In this document: positions 1-13,030 of the stretch, piece after piece
How positions within the stretch are numbered: position 1 is the first letter of the stretch
Layout of the letters: every line of letters starts with the position of its first letter
Translations under genes and position numbers: made by a program
The notes under the pieces: generated by a model
The model's input: only the letters and a program-made list of their open reading frames with translations
What the model was told of the DNA's origin: nothing
Database searches by the model: none
DNA from: the human T2T-CHM13v2.0 reference genome, Homo sapiens
Reading direction: 5' to 3' (one strand)
Length of the DNA stretch: 64,000 nucleotides
Assembly (NCBI RefSeq): GCF_009914755.1
Contig: NC_060932.1

Positions 1-394
1 TTGTATATCTTAAATATCCTAGATGCAAGAAGAAACTGCTCCAATTTTCAAAATTGGATTTGATTCCTTTTAATGGGTCAATGTCACATAGTAAATATGA
101 GTGTCAGCATTTGAAGTCAGACTTATTAGCATAGGTATCTTTAAATACTCTGGGGACTGTACAGACTTCCTTCTGATTCTATAGAATCTTTTAATTTTTC
201 TTCCTGCATCTCAGAAAAATGGAGGACAGTAATAAATTAGAAAACAAAAGAGAATCCTTACTGTTCTGTTGGCTAGCTCTGTCCTTTGGAGCAAATATCT
301 GACATGTCAAATGTGCTTATAGTCTTTAGAGTAGTCTTTGAGGGTCAACATTTCATTCATCTCCTTTGGCGATTCCTTTGTTGTTGATTCCCAG

Positions 395-2760
395 CTTTAT
401 TGCCGTCTAATTAACAAATAAATACTGTATATATTCAAGGTGTTTAATGCAATGATTTTCTATACATTGCGAAATGATTATGCAAATCAAGCTAATTAGC
501 ACATCATCTAACTCACGTAATTACTGTTTGTGTATATGTGGTAAAAACATTTAAAATCTACTTTCTTAGCAAATTTCAAGTATGTAATACAGTATTCCTA
601 ACTACAGTCACCATACTGTACTTTAGAAACCCAAGATTTATTAATCTTGTAAGTGAAAGTTTGTATCCTTTGACTAGCATCTCCCTATTCTAGATCATAA
701 ATAATTTGTGTTTCTGTGCCTGGATTATTTTACCTAAACTGATGTCTTTCTGGTTCACCCATCTTGTTGTAAATGGCAATATTTCTTTCTTTTTTATGAC
801 TAAATAATATTTTATTATATATGTGTGTATATGTGTATAATTTTGTTTATTTATAGACATGCAGGTTGTTTCTATATCTGGTTATTGTGAATAATTCTGC
901 AATAAACAGAAATGCTGATACCCTTCAATATTCTAATTTTATTTTCTTTGGATATACACCCAGAAGTGGAATTGCTGGATTGCATAATACAGTAGTTTTG
1001 TTTTTAATTATTGGAGGAACCACCATACTGTTTTCCATAATGGATTTATCAACTTACATTTCTATCAATTGTGTCCAAATATTCCCTTTTCTCTACAACC
1101 TCACTAGCACTTATTATCTCTGCGCTTTTTGGTAATAGCCATTCTGTCAGGTGTGAGATGATACCTTATTGTGGTTTGGATTTACATTTCACTGATAAGT
1201 AGTGATGAGTACCTTTGCATATATCTGATGTCCATTAATATGCTTTTTTTTAAGCCTGCTTATATCCTTTGCTCATTTTTAAAATTGGGCTATGTGGGGT
1301 TTTTTTGTTTTATTTTTTGCTATTGAGTTGTATGAATTTCTTACATATGTTGGATATTAACTTCTTAACAGATACATGGTTTGCAAACATTTTCTCCCAT
1401 TTTGTAGGTTGCATTTTCATTTTATTTCATTTGCCATGCAGAAACGTTTTAGTTTGATGTGGTGCCGCTTGTTTATAATTGCTTTCATTGTTTGTGATTT
1501 TGGTGTCATATCCAAACAAATTATTGCCATGGCCAAAGACAAGGAGATTTTTCACTATGTTTACCTTTAGGAATTTAAGTTTCTCTTAAGCCTTTAATTC
1601 AGTTAGAGTTAATTTTTGTAAGTAGAGTAAAATAGGGGCCCCATTCCATATTTTTGCATATGGATATTTAGTTTTCTTATTACCATTTATTGAAGAGACT
1701 ATTCTTTCTCAAGTGTCTATTCTTGGCACTCTTCTCAAAGATTAGTTGACTGCAATACGCATGAGTTTATTTCTAGAATCTCTATTTTGTTCCATTGGTC
1801 TATGTTTATGTGACTATTCCATTCCAGTACTATACTTTTTTGATTACTATTGCTTTGTAACATACTTTGAAATCAATAAGTATGACATCTCCAGCTTTGT
1901 TCTTTTTACTTAAGAATATTTTGGCTATTTAGAGCCCTTTGTGATTTTGTATACATTTTAGAATTTTTTCTGTTTTTCTGAAAAACGCCGTAAGAATTTT
2001 TACAGGGATAGCATTTAATATGTAGATTGATTTTGGTACTATGGATGTTTAAAACATATTAATTATTCTAATTTATGAACATGAGCTATCTTTTCGTATA
2101 TTTGTGTTCTTTGATTTTGTTTGTATATCTTACAGTTTTCCGTGTACATAACTTTCACCTTCTTAAGTTTATTTCTCAGTACTTAATTTTTTTGATGGTA
2201 TTGTAAATGAAATTTTTAAAAATTTCTTATTCAGAAAGTTTGTGGCTAATATAGAAAAACAAAACAGTTTTGCATGTTGAATTTGTATCCTGCTGCTATA
2301 ATGAATTTGTACATTAGTTTTAAGTTTTTGTAGTGTCACTAGGATTTTCCACATTTGAGTTTGTGGTATCTGGAAGCAGAGACACTTTCTTTTCTGGTCT
2401 AGAGTCATTTTTTAAATTTTTCCTGCCTAATTTGTCTGGTTAGTACTTCCACAGCTGCGGTAAATAGAAATGGCAAGAGTGAGCAACACTGACTTGTATC
2501 TGCTTTTAAAGAAAAGGATTTCACATTTTTACCTTTGTGTATGATGTCAGCTGTGGGCTTGTCATATATGGCCCTAGTTGTGTTGAGGTATTTACCTTTC
2601 ATATGAATAATGTTAAAATTTTTCAAATGTGTTTTCTGCATCTGTAATAATAATCATATGGTTTTTATCTTTTTAAACTGTAGTGTAGCATATTTGTTAA
2701 TTTGAATATGTTGAACCATTCTTGCATTCCTGAGAAGAATCTCGCTTGATCATGGTTTAT
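395..2760 (-). mobile_element. Old LINE-1 (L1MA/L1MB-type), 3' UTR plus 3' half of ORF2, decayed
   Basis: Antisense L1 motifs (ggatatacacccagaagtggaattgctgg; ccatttattgaagagact). ORF 2405..2641(-) gives 'KYLNTTRAIYDKPTADII', typical of L1 ORF2p RT. Confidence 0.9.
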
Positions 2761-2762
2761 AC

Positions 2763-3395
2763 CTTTTTTTCATTTTTACATAATACAGGTACATATTTTA
2801 AAAGTACATGTGATACTTTGACACATTTATATAATGTGTAATGATGAAATCAGGGTAATTAGGATACACATTACCCCAAACATTTAATTTTCTTTACGCT
2901 CGGAACATTCAAATCCTTCCCTTCTGGATACTTTGAAATATATAATAGATTATTATTAACTATATTCACACTACTGATCTATCAAGTATTAAATCTTGTT
3001 TCTATTATGTGTGTGTGTTTTTTTTGGTACCCAGTAAACAACCTGTCTTCATACTACCACCCCCAACCTCCCACCTTTCCTGGCCTCTAGTAACTGCCCA
3101 TCTACCCTTTATCTTCATGAGATACACTTCTTTTAGCTTCTACATATGAGTGATTAACATGAGATATTTGTCTTTCTGTGACTAGCTTATTTTACTTAAC
3201 ATAGTGACATCCAGTTCCATCATGATGCTGCAATGACAGCCTTTTATTTTTTATGGCTGAATAATATCCTACTGTGTATACATCCACATTTTACTTATCC
3301 AATCATCCATTGAAGGGCACTCAGGGTGATTCCATATCTTGGTTATTGTGAATAGTGCTGCAATAAACATGGGAGTGCAGAGATCTCTTTGCTAT
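2763..3395 (-). mobile_element. Second L1 3' end (L1MA-type) inserted into the older L1
   Basis: A new T-rich tail and L1MA 3'-UTR motif (gtacatgtgatactttg...aatcagggtaattagg) restart inside the preceding ORF2. Confidence 0.8.
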
Positions 3396-3399
3396 GTTA

Positions 3400-3658
3400 G
3401 TGGAAGGTGAAGGGGAGCTGGCGTCTGCAGAGAAAACATGGTGAGAGAAGAAGCAGGGAGGGGTGTGGAGGTTCCAGGAACTTTAATAAGCAGCTCTCAT
3501 GGGAACTGAGTGAGAACTCACTCCTTACTGGGAAAATGGTACGAAATCATTCATGAGGGACCTACCCCCATGACTTCAACTGACATTGGGCACCACCTCC
3601 AACATTGGGGATCAAGTTTCAACACAAGGTTTGGGGAACAAATGTCCAAACTATAGCA
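3400..3658 (-). mobile_element. MaLR LTR fragment (MST-type)
   Basis: gagtgagaactcactc...cattcatgaggga...cacctccaacattggggatc...tccaaactatagca matches the MST/THE1 LTR pattern; only part of the LTR is present. Confidence 0.85.
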
Positions 3659-5330
3659 GTGTATGTATATTTGCAATTCATATATCCTTTTGCTGAATTG
3701 ACCCGTTTATCATTATATAGTTACCATCTTTGTCTCTTTATAGTCTTCAACTTATAGTCTATTTTATGTAACTTATATTCATTCCTGTTCTTTTTTGGTT
3801 TGGTTTTACATGAAATATATTTTTCTATCCATTTTCTTTCAGTCTATGTTTGTCTTTATAGGTGCAGTGTGTTTCTTGTAGGCAGCATGCAGTTAGGTCA
3901 TTTTTCAAAAAAAACATTTAGCTATTCTGTCTTTTAATTAGATAATTTAGTCCTTTGCCTTCAATGTTATTATTTATAGGAAGGGACTATAGGAAGGGAA
4001 TATTGCCATTTTCCTACTTGTTTTCCAGTTGTTTTGTAATTCCTCTCTTCCTTTCTTTCTTATTGTCTCTTTTTTTGTGGATAAGTAATCTTCTATAATA
4101 ATAAAATTTAAGTTGTTGCCTTTTGCTTTCAGTATATCCATCACAGGTTTTTCCTTTGTGGTTATCATAAAGCTTACAAGAAAAATCTTAGCAGATGTAA
4201 CACATTATTTTAAACCAAAGACAAGTAATTCTTGATCACAAAGAAAAGAAACAAACAAAAAAGGAAAAATTGAAAAAAAATCTACACATTAACTTCAACC
4301 CCCACCCCCAACATTTTTACTTTTTGTTTTCTCAATTTACATATTTTATATTGCCTATCTCTTAACAAGTTGCTGTAGCTGTTGTTATTTTTGATAGATT
4401 TGTCTTTTAGTCTTTATACTAGAGACCTTAGTGATTTACATACCACAATTACAGTATTAGAGTATTCTGGATTTGTTCATGTGCTTACTTTTACCACTGG
4501 TTTTGTACTTTCAAATTTTTTTTTCACATTGTCCTTTCTCTTTCATATTTAAGAATTCTCTTTAGCATTTCTTGTAACATTGAGTGTGGTGATGAAGAAT
4601 TGTCTTAGTTTTATTTGTCTAGGGGAGGCTTTATCTTTTCCTGTTTGAATGAGACTATATCCTGGTCACAAGACTGCTTCAGGACTCACACCATAACCAA
4701 GGTTGGTAGGCCTGCCTTTGTTGTAGAATTGTTTCTCCTGCTGGGTCCCTGAGTGGAAAGAACTGTTCTTGATCTGTAGCTGAAAGAATCTAGAGCCAAG
4801 TGACATGGATGTGTTAGGATCTACAGTTGAAGTGAGGTTGGCTGGTTTCCCTCCCAGTTTCCCTCCCAGGACATGGATAGGTATGTCTCCCAACAGGTTC
4901 CTGAATGGGCAGGAATATGCCAGAACCGTAGTTGAGAAGGCTTTAGGTGGATCACAGGCTATTTGCAGGTCCACAGCCGTGATCAAAGTCATTGAACCTG
5001 TTATCTGAGACATGAGTGAATGTGACTCCTCTTGCATCTTTGGCAATGGTGGACCAAAACCAATGGGGCTTTAGCTTAGTCCACAAAGGTTCATGGATGT
5101 TTTCCATTGTATAGCTAGTACCATGATCAGTGAACCTGCCATCTGGGCACAGTCCTCCCTATCAAAATGGCTTTTCTCAGTCTTGGGCTCCACTGGGGTT
5201 TTGCAACCACATCCTGAGTTCTAAATCTCCCACAAAGTCATGTTAGTTTATAGATAGCTTTCAAATTATTGTTTTTCTGTGGTCTATAAGTAGAGGATTT
5301 CTTATTCTATCAACTTACGGGAATTATTCC
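3659..5330 (-). mobile_element. Old L1M: ORF2 endonuclease start, inter-ORF/ORF1 end and probable 5' region
   Basis: tgctgaattgacccgtttatcattatatag and ttctctttagcatttcttgtaa are antisense L1M EN and ORF1-end motifs. The part beyond ~4660 is less certain. Confidence 0.7.
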
Positions 5331-5472
5331 TTCAGGCTTTTCTTAAATGTCATTTTCTCATTGAGCTCAAAGGGGAGGGAGAAATTAAAAACAAACCAGC
5401 CTATTTTCATAGTTACACTTACATGCACTTGAACAAAGTAAGTACATGTGAGTTTTTTTTTTTTTTTTTAAC

Positions 5473-6740
5473 CAGTGGTATTTAAAGTGTGGTCCAAGGA
5501 AACGTAAAGTTTCTGTTGAGACTAGGCAATCTGAATCACCAAAAATATGTTTTGTAATAATAATAAAATGATATTTGCCTTTAATATGATGACACCATCA
5601 TTTTGACAGCTAATAGAATATATGAATATGTATTCCTATTTTCTCAAGATGTTGGATAATTTTAGGGCATATATGTGTACATTTTCAGATATTAACTCAG
5701 ATTGTACTCAGTATTACTGATATGCTCTTGCTGCCAGCTTTCTGTTATATGTGTTATCTTTTTAACTTCATTTTCATCCAGAATGTTGATATTTTGAAAT
5801 CCCTAAATTTTCCTTGAGCCCATGTGGAAGGACACACACACACATAAACAAGTGTAATTTGATGTCTTAAAAGCATTTAAAATTTAAAGTTTAAAATAAC
5901 TGTTATTTTAGTATTTGACAATTATTCTGGAACAAGTACGTGCCTTTTATCTTTAAAAATTCATTACTGAATTAATAAAAATATTAGAAGACGCACTTTC
6001 TCAATCGCAGCTGAACTGTCTAGATCCAAATATGGTTAAAATGATATAACTGACATATCAGAGAGTTCTTTGACTTATGGAAACAAGAATCTCTTCTGGA
6101 CAGAATTGTAAATAAGGAATAAAAATATAAAAAAGAAAAACAATAAAAACAAAAAAGAAAAATAAAAAACATGATAATAAAAATTTTAAAAAGAAATAAG
6201 AATATGACAGATCTATATTTGACTTTATAAATGTCAAGTAATTTGTTTAATCTTTTGAAATAGAACTTTATTGAATAGTATACATAATGCCATTGTGTTG
6301 TCATTTGAAGATCAATGTTTTAAAATTTAAAAGAAAATGTTAAATTTACATGAAGATCTTTGTTACAATTTTTACACTGGAAACAAAAAAAATATGGAAA
6401 CACAGACTAAGTTATTATATTGCATTTCTTGAAGATGTGAGCCCAAAAAGCTAAAAGACTAAAAAAGTTGTGTACATTTTATATTGTTAAATGCTAGCAG
6501 AATAAAAAGTTAGTAAAGGGAACCACAGAAATGCCACTTTTAAATGATACAGTAACTTGTCAAATTGAAGATTTATTAGTAAATGTATGAATAATGTTAG
6601 TACCTCATTTAGAGTATTGTACTTTGTGCTAGTGGCAAAAAGCAACGGTAGGTAAAACTGTTGACATTTACACACAAATCAGTAATTGGCAACACATTGT
6701 ACTAGTTATTGCATTCTTTACTACCACATAATCTTAGGAG
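5473..6740 (+). mobile_element. hAT-Charlie DNA transposon (Charlie1-like), left part
   Basis: Begins cagtggtatttaaagtgtggtcc (Charlie/MER5-type terminus). Charlie1-like internal motif ggcaacacattgtactagttattgcattcttt near 6690-6720. Confidence 0.65.
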
Positions 6741-6754
6741 AAAAAATAAATTCT

Positions 6755-6976
6755 TTTGGTTTTCAGTTCAGTATGTAAGGAGCTTGGAAGTCATCAATCT
6801 TGTTCTCACAACAGAAAATAGTTGAATATACTGAAATTTAATAGGTTTTCCTTGATCAATCAGAGAATTGAGGTCACGGGGCAAACTGCTGTCCTCAGAA
6901 TTGTAGAGACAGAGGTATACGCGGAATCGCAACATACTGAAGCAGAAGCCCAAGATAAAAAACCTCCACTGGGGAG
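6755..6976 (+). mobile_element. Old L1MC/MD-type 5' UTR fragment (host of the ERV retrocopy)
   Basis: aaggagcttggaagtcatc...tcagagaattgaggtcacggggcaaac resembles the L1MC-type 5' end; L1 sequence resumes at ~13031. Confidence 0.65.
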
Positions 6977-8155
6977 TCCCCATAGAGCTCAACACATTGA
7001 ATGCTCCTGGCGGGTGGCGTGCCTGGGGAGGGCAGGGAAACTTGGCACCCCTTCCTCCATACCTCAACCTGAGGTCTCTTCATCTGTATCCTTTTTAATA
7101 TCCTTTATCATAAACCAGTAAATGTAAGTTTTTTCCTGAGTTCTATGAGCCACTCAAACAAATTAATCCAACTCAAAGAAGGGGTGATGAGAACCTCAAT
7201 TCGGAGCCAGGTGGTCATAAGTTCTGAAGGCCCAGACTTGCAGCCGGTATCTGGGAGGAAGGGAGTACAGTTTTAGACTGAGACCTCATCCTGTGGGATA
7301 TGATGCTATAGTATAGGACTGAATTGGAAGACACCCAGCTGGGGTCTGTTGCTTGATGTGTGGGGAAAGAAACCCCACACATTTGGACAAAGAAGTCTTC
7401 TGTGTTGATAGTTGTGGTGTGAGAACAGAGAAAAAACCTGGTTTGAGAGATTTTTTTTTTCCTAAATAATTGGTATCAGATTAGTGCAATTTGTTGGAAT
7501 AGCCTAGGCTCAGGGAAACATGTAGTTTAGGAACAGAAAAGATGAAAGGGTGGCAAGTGAGGAACATTTGGTTCCTCAGTGGCTACCTGGTCACCCATGG
7601 CATGAAGCTATATTGTTCTCAGTTACTAAAGGTAAAAGTTATCAGTGGAATTTGGTATCAGATGGAATATAGAGATGGATCAAACTCCCAGGAAGATGGT
7701 TCACTAGATGCATAAAGAAATCTACACTAATAAGAAAAAAGGCAAAATCAATCCCTTGGTTATTGTTATCTATAATAGCTAAAATGAAATTGAAGCAGAG
7801 TGCTGGGTCTGGCCTTGATGGTACACCAAGCTTAGATTTCAGTGAGTGTGACTTTTAGCCCCCAGCCTCAGACCTGATACCTAAGGACAAAATTATGCAG
7901 AGACAACAGAAAGTACCTCTGAGACCTGTGGTTACCAAGAAAGTAGTCAATGTGGGGGAAGGACAAAACCACAAAACTATTGAAACCAAATGGTAAAGTG
8001 TGAAGAAATTATTCCATTTTGTTGTTCCGTATCATCAGCTTTCTGAGGAACCTTTACTAAAATTGATTGTGCTAATAACTAATTTAGGAGCAGTGTCTTC
8101 AGTTTTAAACTCTGCAGAGTGGAAGAACATGTTTGGTTGATACAGGACTTACAGC

Positions 8156-8895
8156 TACAGTCACCTGACAGGCTCTTCCTGCCTCCAACACACATAAAAC
8201 CAGTTCACTGAGACAATGCTATTGCAGTAGAGTTTTATTGTCAAGAGGCCAGCCCACATGGGAGAACTGGAGTTACCACTTAAATCAGATCAGTCTCCTG
8301 GAAGGCTCAAAGATTAGAGTTTTTTTGGGCAATTTGGTGGGCAGTAGGCTAGGGAACAAGTGCTGCTGATTGGTTGAGGATGAAATCATAGGAGTGTGGA
8401 AAATGGTCCCTATGTGCCTCTGGGTGGGGCCACAGAATCTGTTGAGTCATCAGTCATAAGTCTGGGTGGAATCAGTCTGAAAGATTCAGAAAAACAATCT
8501 TAGGTTCTACAATCTTAGGTTCTTAGCTTTATCATTTTTAGGAGAAATTGGGGAATTCACAAATCTTGTGACCTCTGGCCACATAATGCCTGAGCAGTAA
8601 GGGATTATAGAAACTATGCCTACAGAGTAGCAGAGTTCATTACCCTCCCATAATCCTGTTCTTGTGGCCTTTCATTAGTCTTACAAAGGGAATCTTTGGT
8701 CCCTGAGCAAGGAGGGGATTAGGGAGAGACTATTTTCATCCTTGCTTTCAAGTTAAACTATAAACTAAATTCTCCCCAAAGTTAGCCTGGCCTACACCCA
8801 GAAATGAGCAAAGACACAGCTTGGAAGTCAGAAGCAAGATGGAGTCAACTAAGTCAGATTTCTCTTACTGTCATAATTTTGAAAAGGTGATTTCA
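8156..8895 (-). mobile_element. Solo ERV1 LTR, LTR8 family
   Basis: Minus strand starts tgaaatcaccttttcaaaattatgacagtaagagaaatctgac...gactccatcttgcttctg (LTR8 signature). Length 740 bp; 4-bp flanks cagc/catc. Confidence 0.8.
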
Positions 8896-10539
8896 CATCT
8901 CATTATCAAATAATTACAGATTATCTGGACACACAGGAAGTTATTCTTGAGGAAATGACCAGCCTATTGGACTGGATAAAAGCCACCATAAGATATTTAT
9001 ACCCTGAGAAGGAGGATGTCCAACTTGACCTATAAATGCCAAGTGGAGTACCCTAGATGAAGCAGCTGATATGCTTCATATGCCCAAGCCATGTGGGATT
9101 GGCTTTATGATGACAGGGAGATTCACCCACTGAATATTCCCATTACTCAGGTCATGGAATATGCTATGGTTAAGGAGGCGCTTTGTACATGGGCACCCCA
9201 AATGACATTAATCCTGCAGACTCAAACAATAGTTCAAGAAGTTTTATCAAATTTGTTACCTCAGCCTCTCCTCATGGGTCTTATGATGCTAATAAAAACA
9301 TTAGGTTAATTAACAAGAGAATGGTGAAGGGTAGAGGGGAGAGTCAAAGGATTCATCCAGAAAAGTAGAAATTTTTACATGGCTATTTGAAAATAAGATG
9401 GATAAGGAGAACATTGATAGTGGTAAAACTAAGAGGAAAAAGAATGAGGAGAGTTATGGGATTTGTCCCATAGAGTGGAAATCTTTAGATGATTATTTAA
9501 AAATGGAATGAATAAAATGGGAATTGGTAAGGTTAAAACAAATGTCTTAATACAATATTACCAATGGTTGGGTGGACCAAAGGGAGTCCTGCTGTTCCTC
9601 CAACATTAAAGAGCCCCAAACCAGTTTGCTGTGTTTCTCCCCACTTGGAGACATTTTAAAAGCACAAAGGTAAACATTACAATTAGGAACTGCATCTAAA
9701 ATTGCCTAGGGACAATGGTTAGACAGGTTAATCAAGGTAAAAATTCACAGAGAGGCCAGGGTCTCTTGGCCCAATCCTTGGCTGTGAACCCAAAACCTTT
9801 TGTACAAGAGAGGGTAAAATGCTCTGGGGGTGGAAAAGAGAAGTTTCTGGGAATAGAACATAAAAATGTAAGGGTTGATAAGATTATGAAAGTTGGTATA
9901 TGCTTGTTGTGCCTGTTTTAACTGACTGTATTATTGAAATGGACATTGTATCTGACTGGGGAATGTTGCCCCTGCCTAGCACTGTGAAACAGCAGGCATG
10001 TAAATCCACCATTCAAGCAACTTTAATTGGACAAACTTAATGGGAATCAGTAATACTGTCTGAGCCCACACAGTGTAGAGTAGAACCTGGAATGCTGGTA
10101 GGAAGGAATTCTCCACCTGATAGTCCTCTGTGGAATGTGTGTACTAGGGCTTATGGCAAAAGCCTGTGAGCACCTCCCAGTGACTTTGGACTTTGGGCTG
10201 CAGGATTTTCACTTGAGGTGCATTTACTGCCTTAATATGAGAAGTTCACTGAAGCTCCTATTACTGAAAGATGTAAAATGATCTCAACACCTGAACTACC
10301 CCTGCTGTCTTGAATGAAGTTAGAGAAACATTCTAATGGGGACAGTAGTACCCAGAAGAATACTGTAATAAAATAGAAATGGTTTATTCAAGATTATGCT
10401 ATCTGGAAAATGCAAAAAGAGAATACTAAAAAGTAGAGAGCTTTTTAATCCTAGGGCTGTCTTTGGAGTGGTGTGAGGAGCTGCTGGATTTTATGGATAA
10501 CTAGACAATGTCCTAGGAACAGCTCTTGATTGACCAACA

Positions 10540-11280
10540 ATGATTTTCTTGGTTTACTGACAGCAGTTCCAATGTGAATAGACAAAATTCTGTTTGGAAG
10601 TCTGTTACTTTGGTCAAAGAAGGTTAAAAACAGATCAACTCAGTGGGCTGAATTGCATGAATTAAATAGTGGTAGAAGCCCCTGTTTTGGGATTTTACTG
10701 ACTCATGGGCAGTGACCAATGGCCTGGCCATAGAGTCAGGCAGAATGGCAATGAATGCCTGACCTATTAAAAGAATGTCCATATGGTGTATGGCCCTACG
10801 GAAATTTATCTGAACATTAAAGTCAAATAAGTCAATGTCCATCAGGATAATTTCCTTACAGGCTCGGAAGGTGACTGGAATTGACAAGCAGGTATCCTCA
10901 TGTGCTCCTTTAATGTGGTCACCTGGGTCCATGAAATAAATGGATGTGGGGGTACTGCAGCAGTGCAGAGAAGGGCTGAATCTAGATAATGTTCCTTTTG
11001 TACCTTCTCAGGTACACAATGCCAGTAAGAACTGTTCTGATTTTCAACAAGAGAGAGACTGACCATGGCTGTGGGGCAGATTCCCTAGTGGGAAAGCCAT
11101 GAACATACCTGGAAAGACCTGTGAGGTAAACTGACATTGATAGCCCTAAGGGGCTACAAACGGGTCTTGACAGGAATAGACACAGACAGGCTTTGCTTTC
11201 CCAGTAGAGGATGTAAATAATGAGAGTGACAAAAAAAACAAAAACAAACAAAAAAAAAACACCACGTGCGCGCGCGCGCG

Positions 11281-11324
<44 letters not shown>

Positions 11325-11600
11325 CAGAAGATATTGCATGGATTTGAATGGTCAGGCATTACTTTTTCAGATCAAGGAACACATTATACATCTCATAATG
11401 TCCAATAATGGGCAGAGAGAGAGAGAGAGAGATAGCCTGCTCAGTGCAATAGTTTGATAGAGAAGTAGAACAGGCAATTAAATCATTGGTTGTCTAAACA
11501 GGAGGAAATGAAAACATGAAGGGCTGGCTTACTCACCTTCATGAATGTGTGCTCACATTCAACATGAGTGGGAATAAAGGTGTTTCCCCAGTAAATTTTT
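10540..11600 (+). pseudogene. Decayed retroviral pol remnants (RNase H and integrase) of the MER21-like element
   Basis: tggtttactgacagcagt encodes WFTDSS; tttactgactcatgggcagtgaccaatggcctggcc encodes FTDSWAVTNGLA (class III RNase H); ttcagatcaaggaacacat encodes SDQGTH (integrase core). Many stops and frameshifts. Confidence 0.75.
11263..11320. repeat. Compound microsatellite (CG)10(CA)16
   Basis: Read directly: CG x10 at 11269-11288, CA x16 at 11289-11320, preceded by an A-rich run. Confidence 0.97.
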
Positions 11601-13030
11601 CTGTTTTCCTGGGTGATCTGGGGAAGAAAGGGTGGGGAGGATGGATACTACTATGACTATGTAACTCTTGACAAAGGGAGAGTACATTGGTATAATGAAT
11701 CAATTTTGTTCTTTTTTCCCCAAATTACCTATAATAATTATTTTTTTTTTAATTTACTACTTGATGCAGTGGTCCTAGGACCAGGGCTACAAAAAGTGCT
11801 AGAAACAGATATGGTTTCTAAGCAAGAAACTGTAACCACGTTTTCAAACATTATGTTAAAATTTCTAAAGGCCTAATGGGGGGTAGGTTATACTTTCACC
11901 CCATCTAGCAAAGTTGGAGCTAATCATGAATGCACCTATATTACCTGGTGGCAAAAATAGCTCATTAGTTCTGTACCTATATAACCTTCCCCTATCTGAA
12001 TGAGAGTAGTCTGAGGAGGGGGTACTTGCTAGACTAGTATTGCAGCCTAAATACAGATCAACACAATGGCAATTCAAATGATAGCCATTTCAAAGGTGAA
12101 AAAATTTGGATAATAATGGAGAGAAGAAGGAATCATAGCTGAGAATAAGGAAGTCAATAAGTGGATTATTAACCGAGGGAAATTCAATACTACATTAACA
12201 ACTCCAAAGAGTCTCAGAGCAAGAGATGACACTGTGTCCTAGCTCAGTTATTCCAGATGCCTGACAGTGTGAAGCTGTGTATTTACCAATGGCACTCCTG
12301 CTTTAGGAACCTGACAAGTTTGAAAGGAAGACTACAAAGCTGAGTGATCTTATACTGAGAGATACTCATTCACCATAATGGACCAGACTAAGTATTAATG
12401 ACTGAATGGGATTCTAGTAATGTGGTGGTGCCTTTTGAGTTGTATGTTCTTTTGATGTAAGGGATCTGCTCTCAAAAACCATGCGGAGGCCTGTGTTGTT
12501 GTAATATATTTATATATTGGCTTTTGTCCAAGGTTCCTGGCTCCTAACTTTCATAGTCTTTGTTATAACGTTGAAGCACTTTAGGCCTTCAGGAAACAGA
12601 ATCTCTCTCTCTAAGCTTCTTCTGTTCTTCTTTCCCCTGTCCAAGGCAGGACTCTAATCCAACTGTGGGTCAAAAGACCTTGATTCCAGAGTGCGTCCAG
12701 CTGGGGCCGCATACCCTAGAGGAAGGAATGCTACACAGGCCAAGAAAAGTCTGAACAGATCGGCCTTGCTGGGTTTAGATCCTGTGATTTTTGACCAATC
12801 ACATTTCTAAACGGTTGTCAATCATGCCTATGTAATAAAGCCTCCATAAAGACCACAGAGGACAGGATTCCAAGAGCTTCTGGATAGCTGAACAAGTCAT
12901 GATTCCTGGAGGGTAGAGCCCCTAGGGAGGGAGGGCATGGAAGCTCTTCTCCACCACCTTGCTCTAGGCATCTGTTCATCTGTTTCCTTCTAATATTCTT
13001 TATAATAAACTGGTAAACATTAAAAAAAAA

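Larger units (their letters stand above)
6977..13030 (+). mobile_element. MER21-like class III (ERVL) element in RNA form: R-U5 (6977-7468), internal (7469-12491), U3-R (12492-13021), A9 tail
   Basis: MER21-type LTR motifs at both ends. PBS-like tggtatcaga(tt)agtg at 7471 resembles the tRNA-Leu PBS. AATAAA at 13004-13009 is followed by an A-run at 13022-13030. Degenerate flanking duplication. Confidence 0.8.

Noticed and set aside
4666-5046. 126-aa ORF, among the longest in the window
   Set aside because: Lies in probable old L1 5' region; no recognisable domain and no splice or promoter support.
9340-9545. Diverged ~115-bp tandem duplication in the MER21-like internal region
   Set aside because: The copies are very diverged and probably inherited from the family consensus rather than locus-specific; cannot be tested here.
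10982-11457. ORFs with CV/AR/HT dipeptide runs
   Set aside because: Translations of the (CG)n(CA)n microsatellite.
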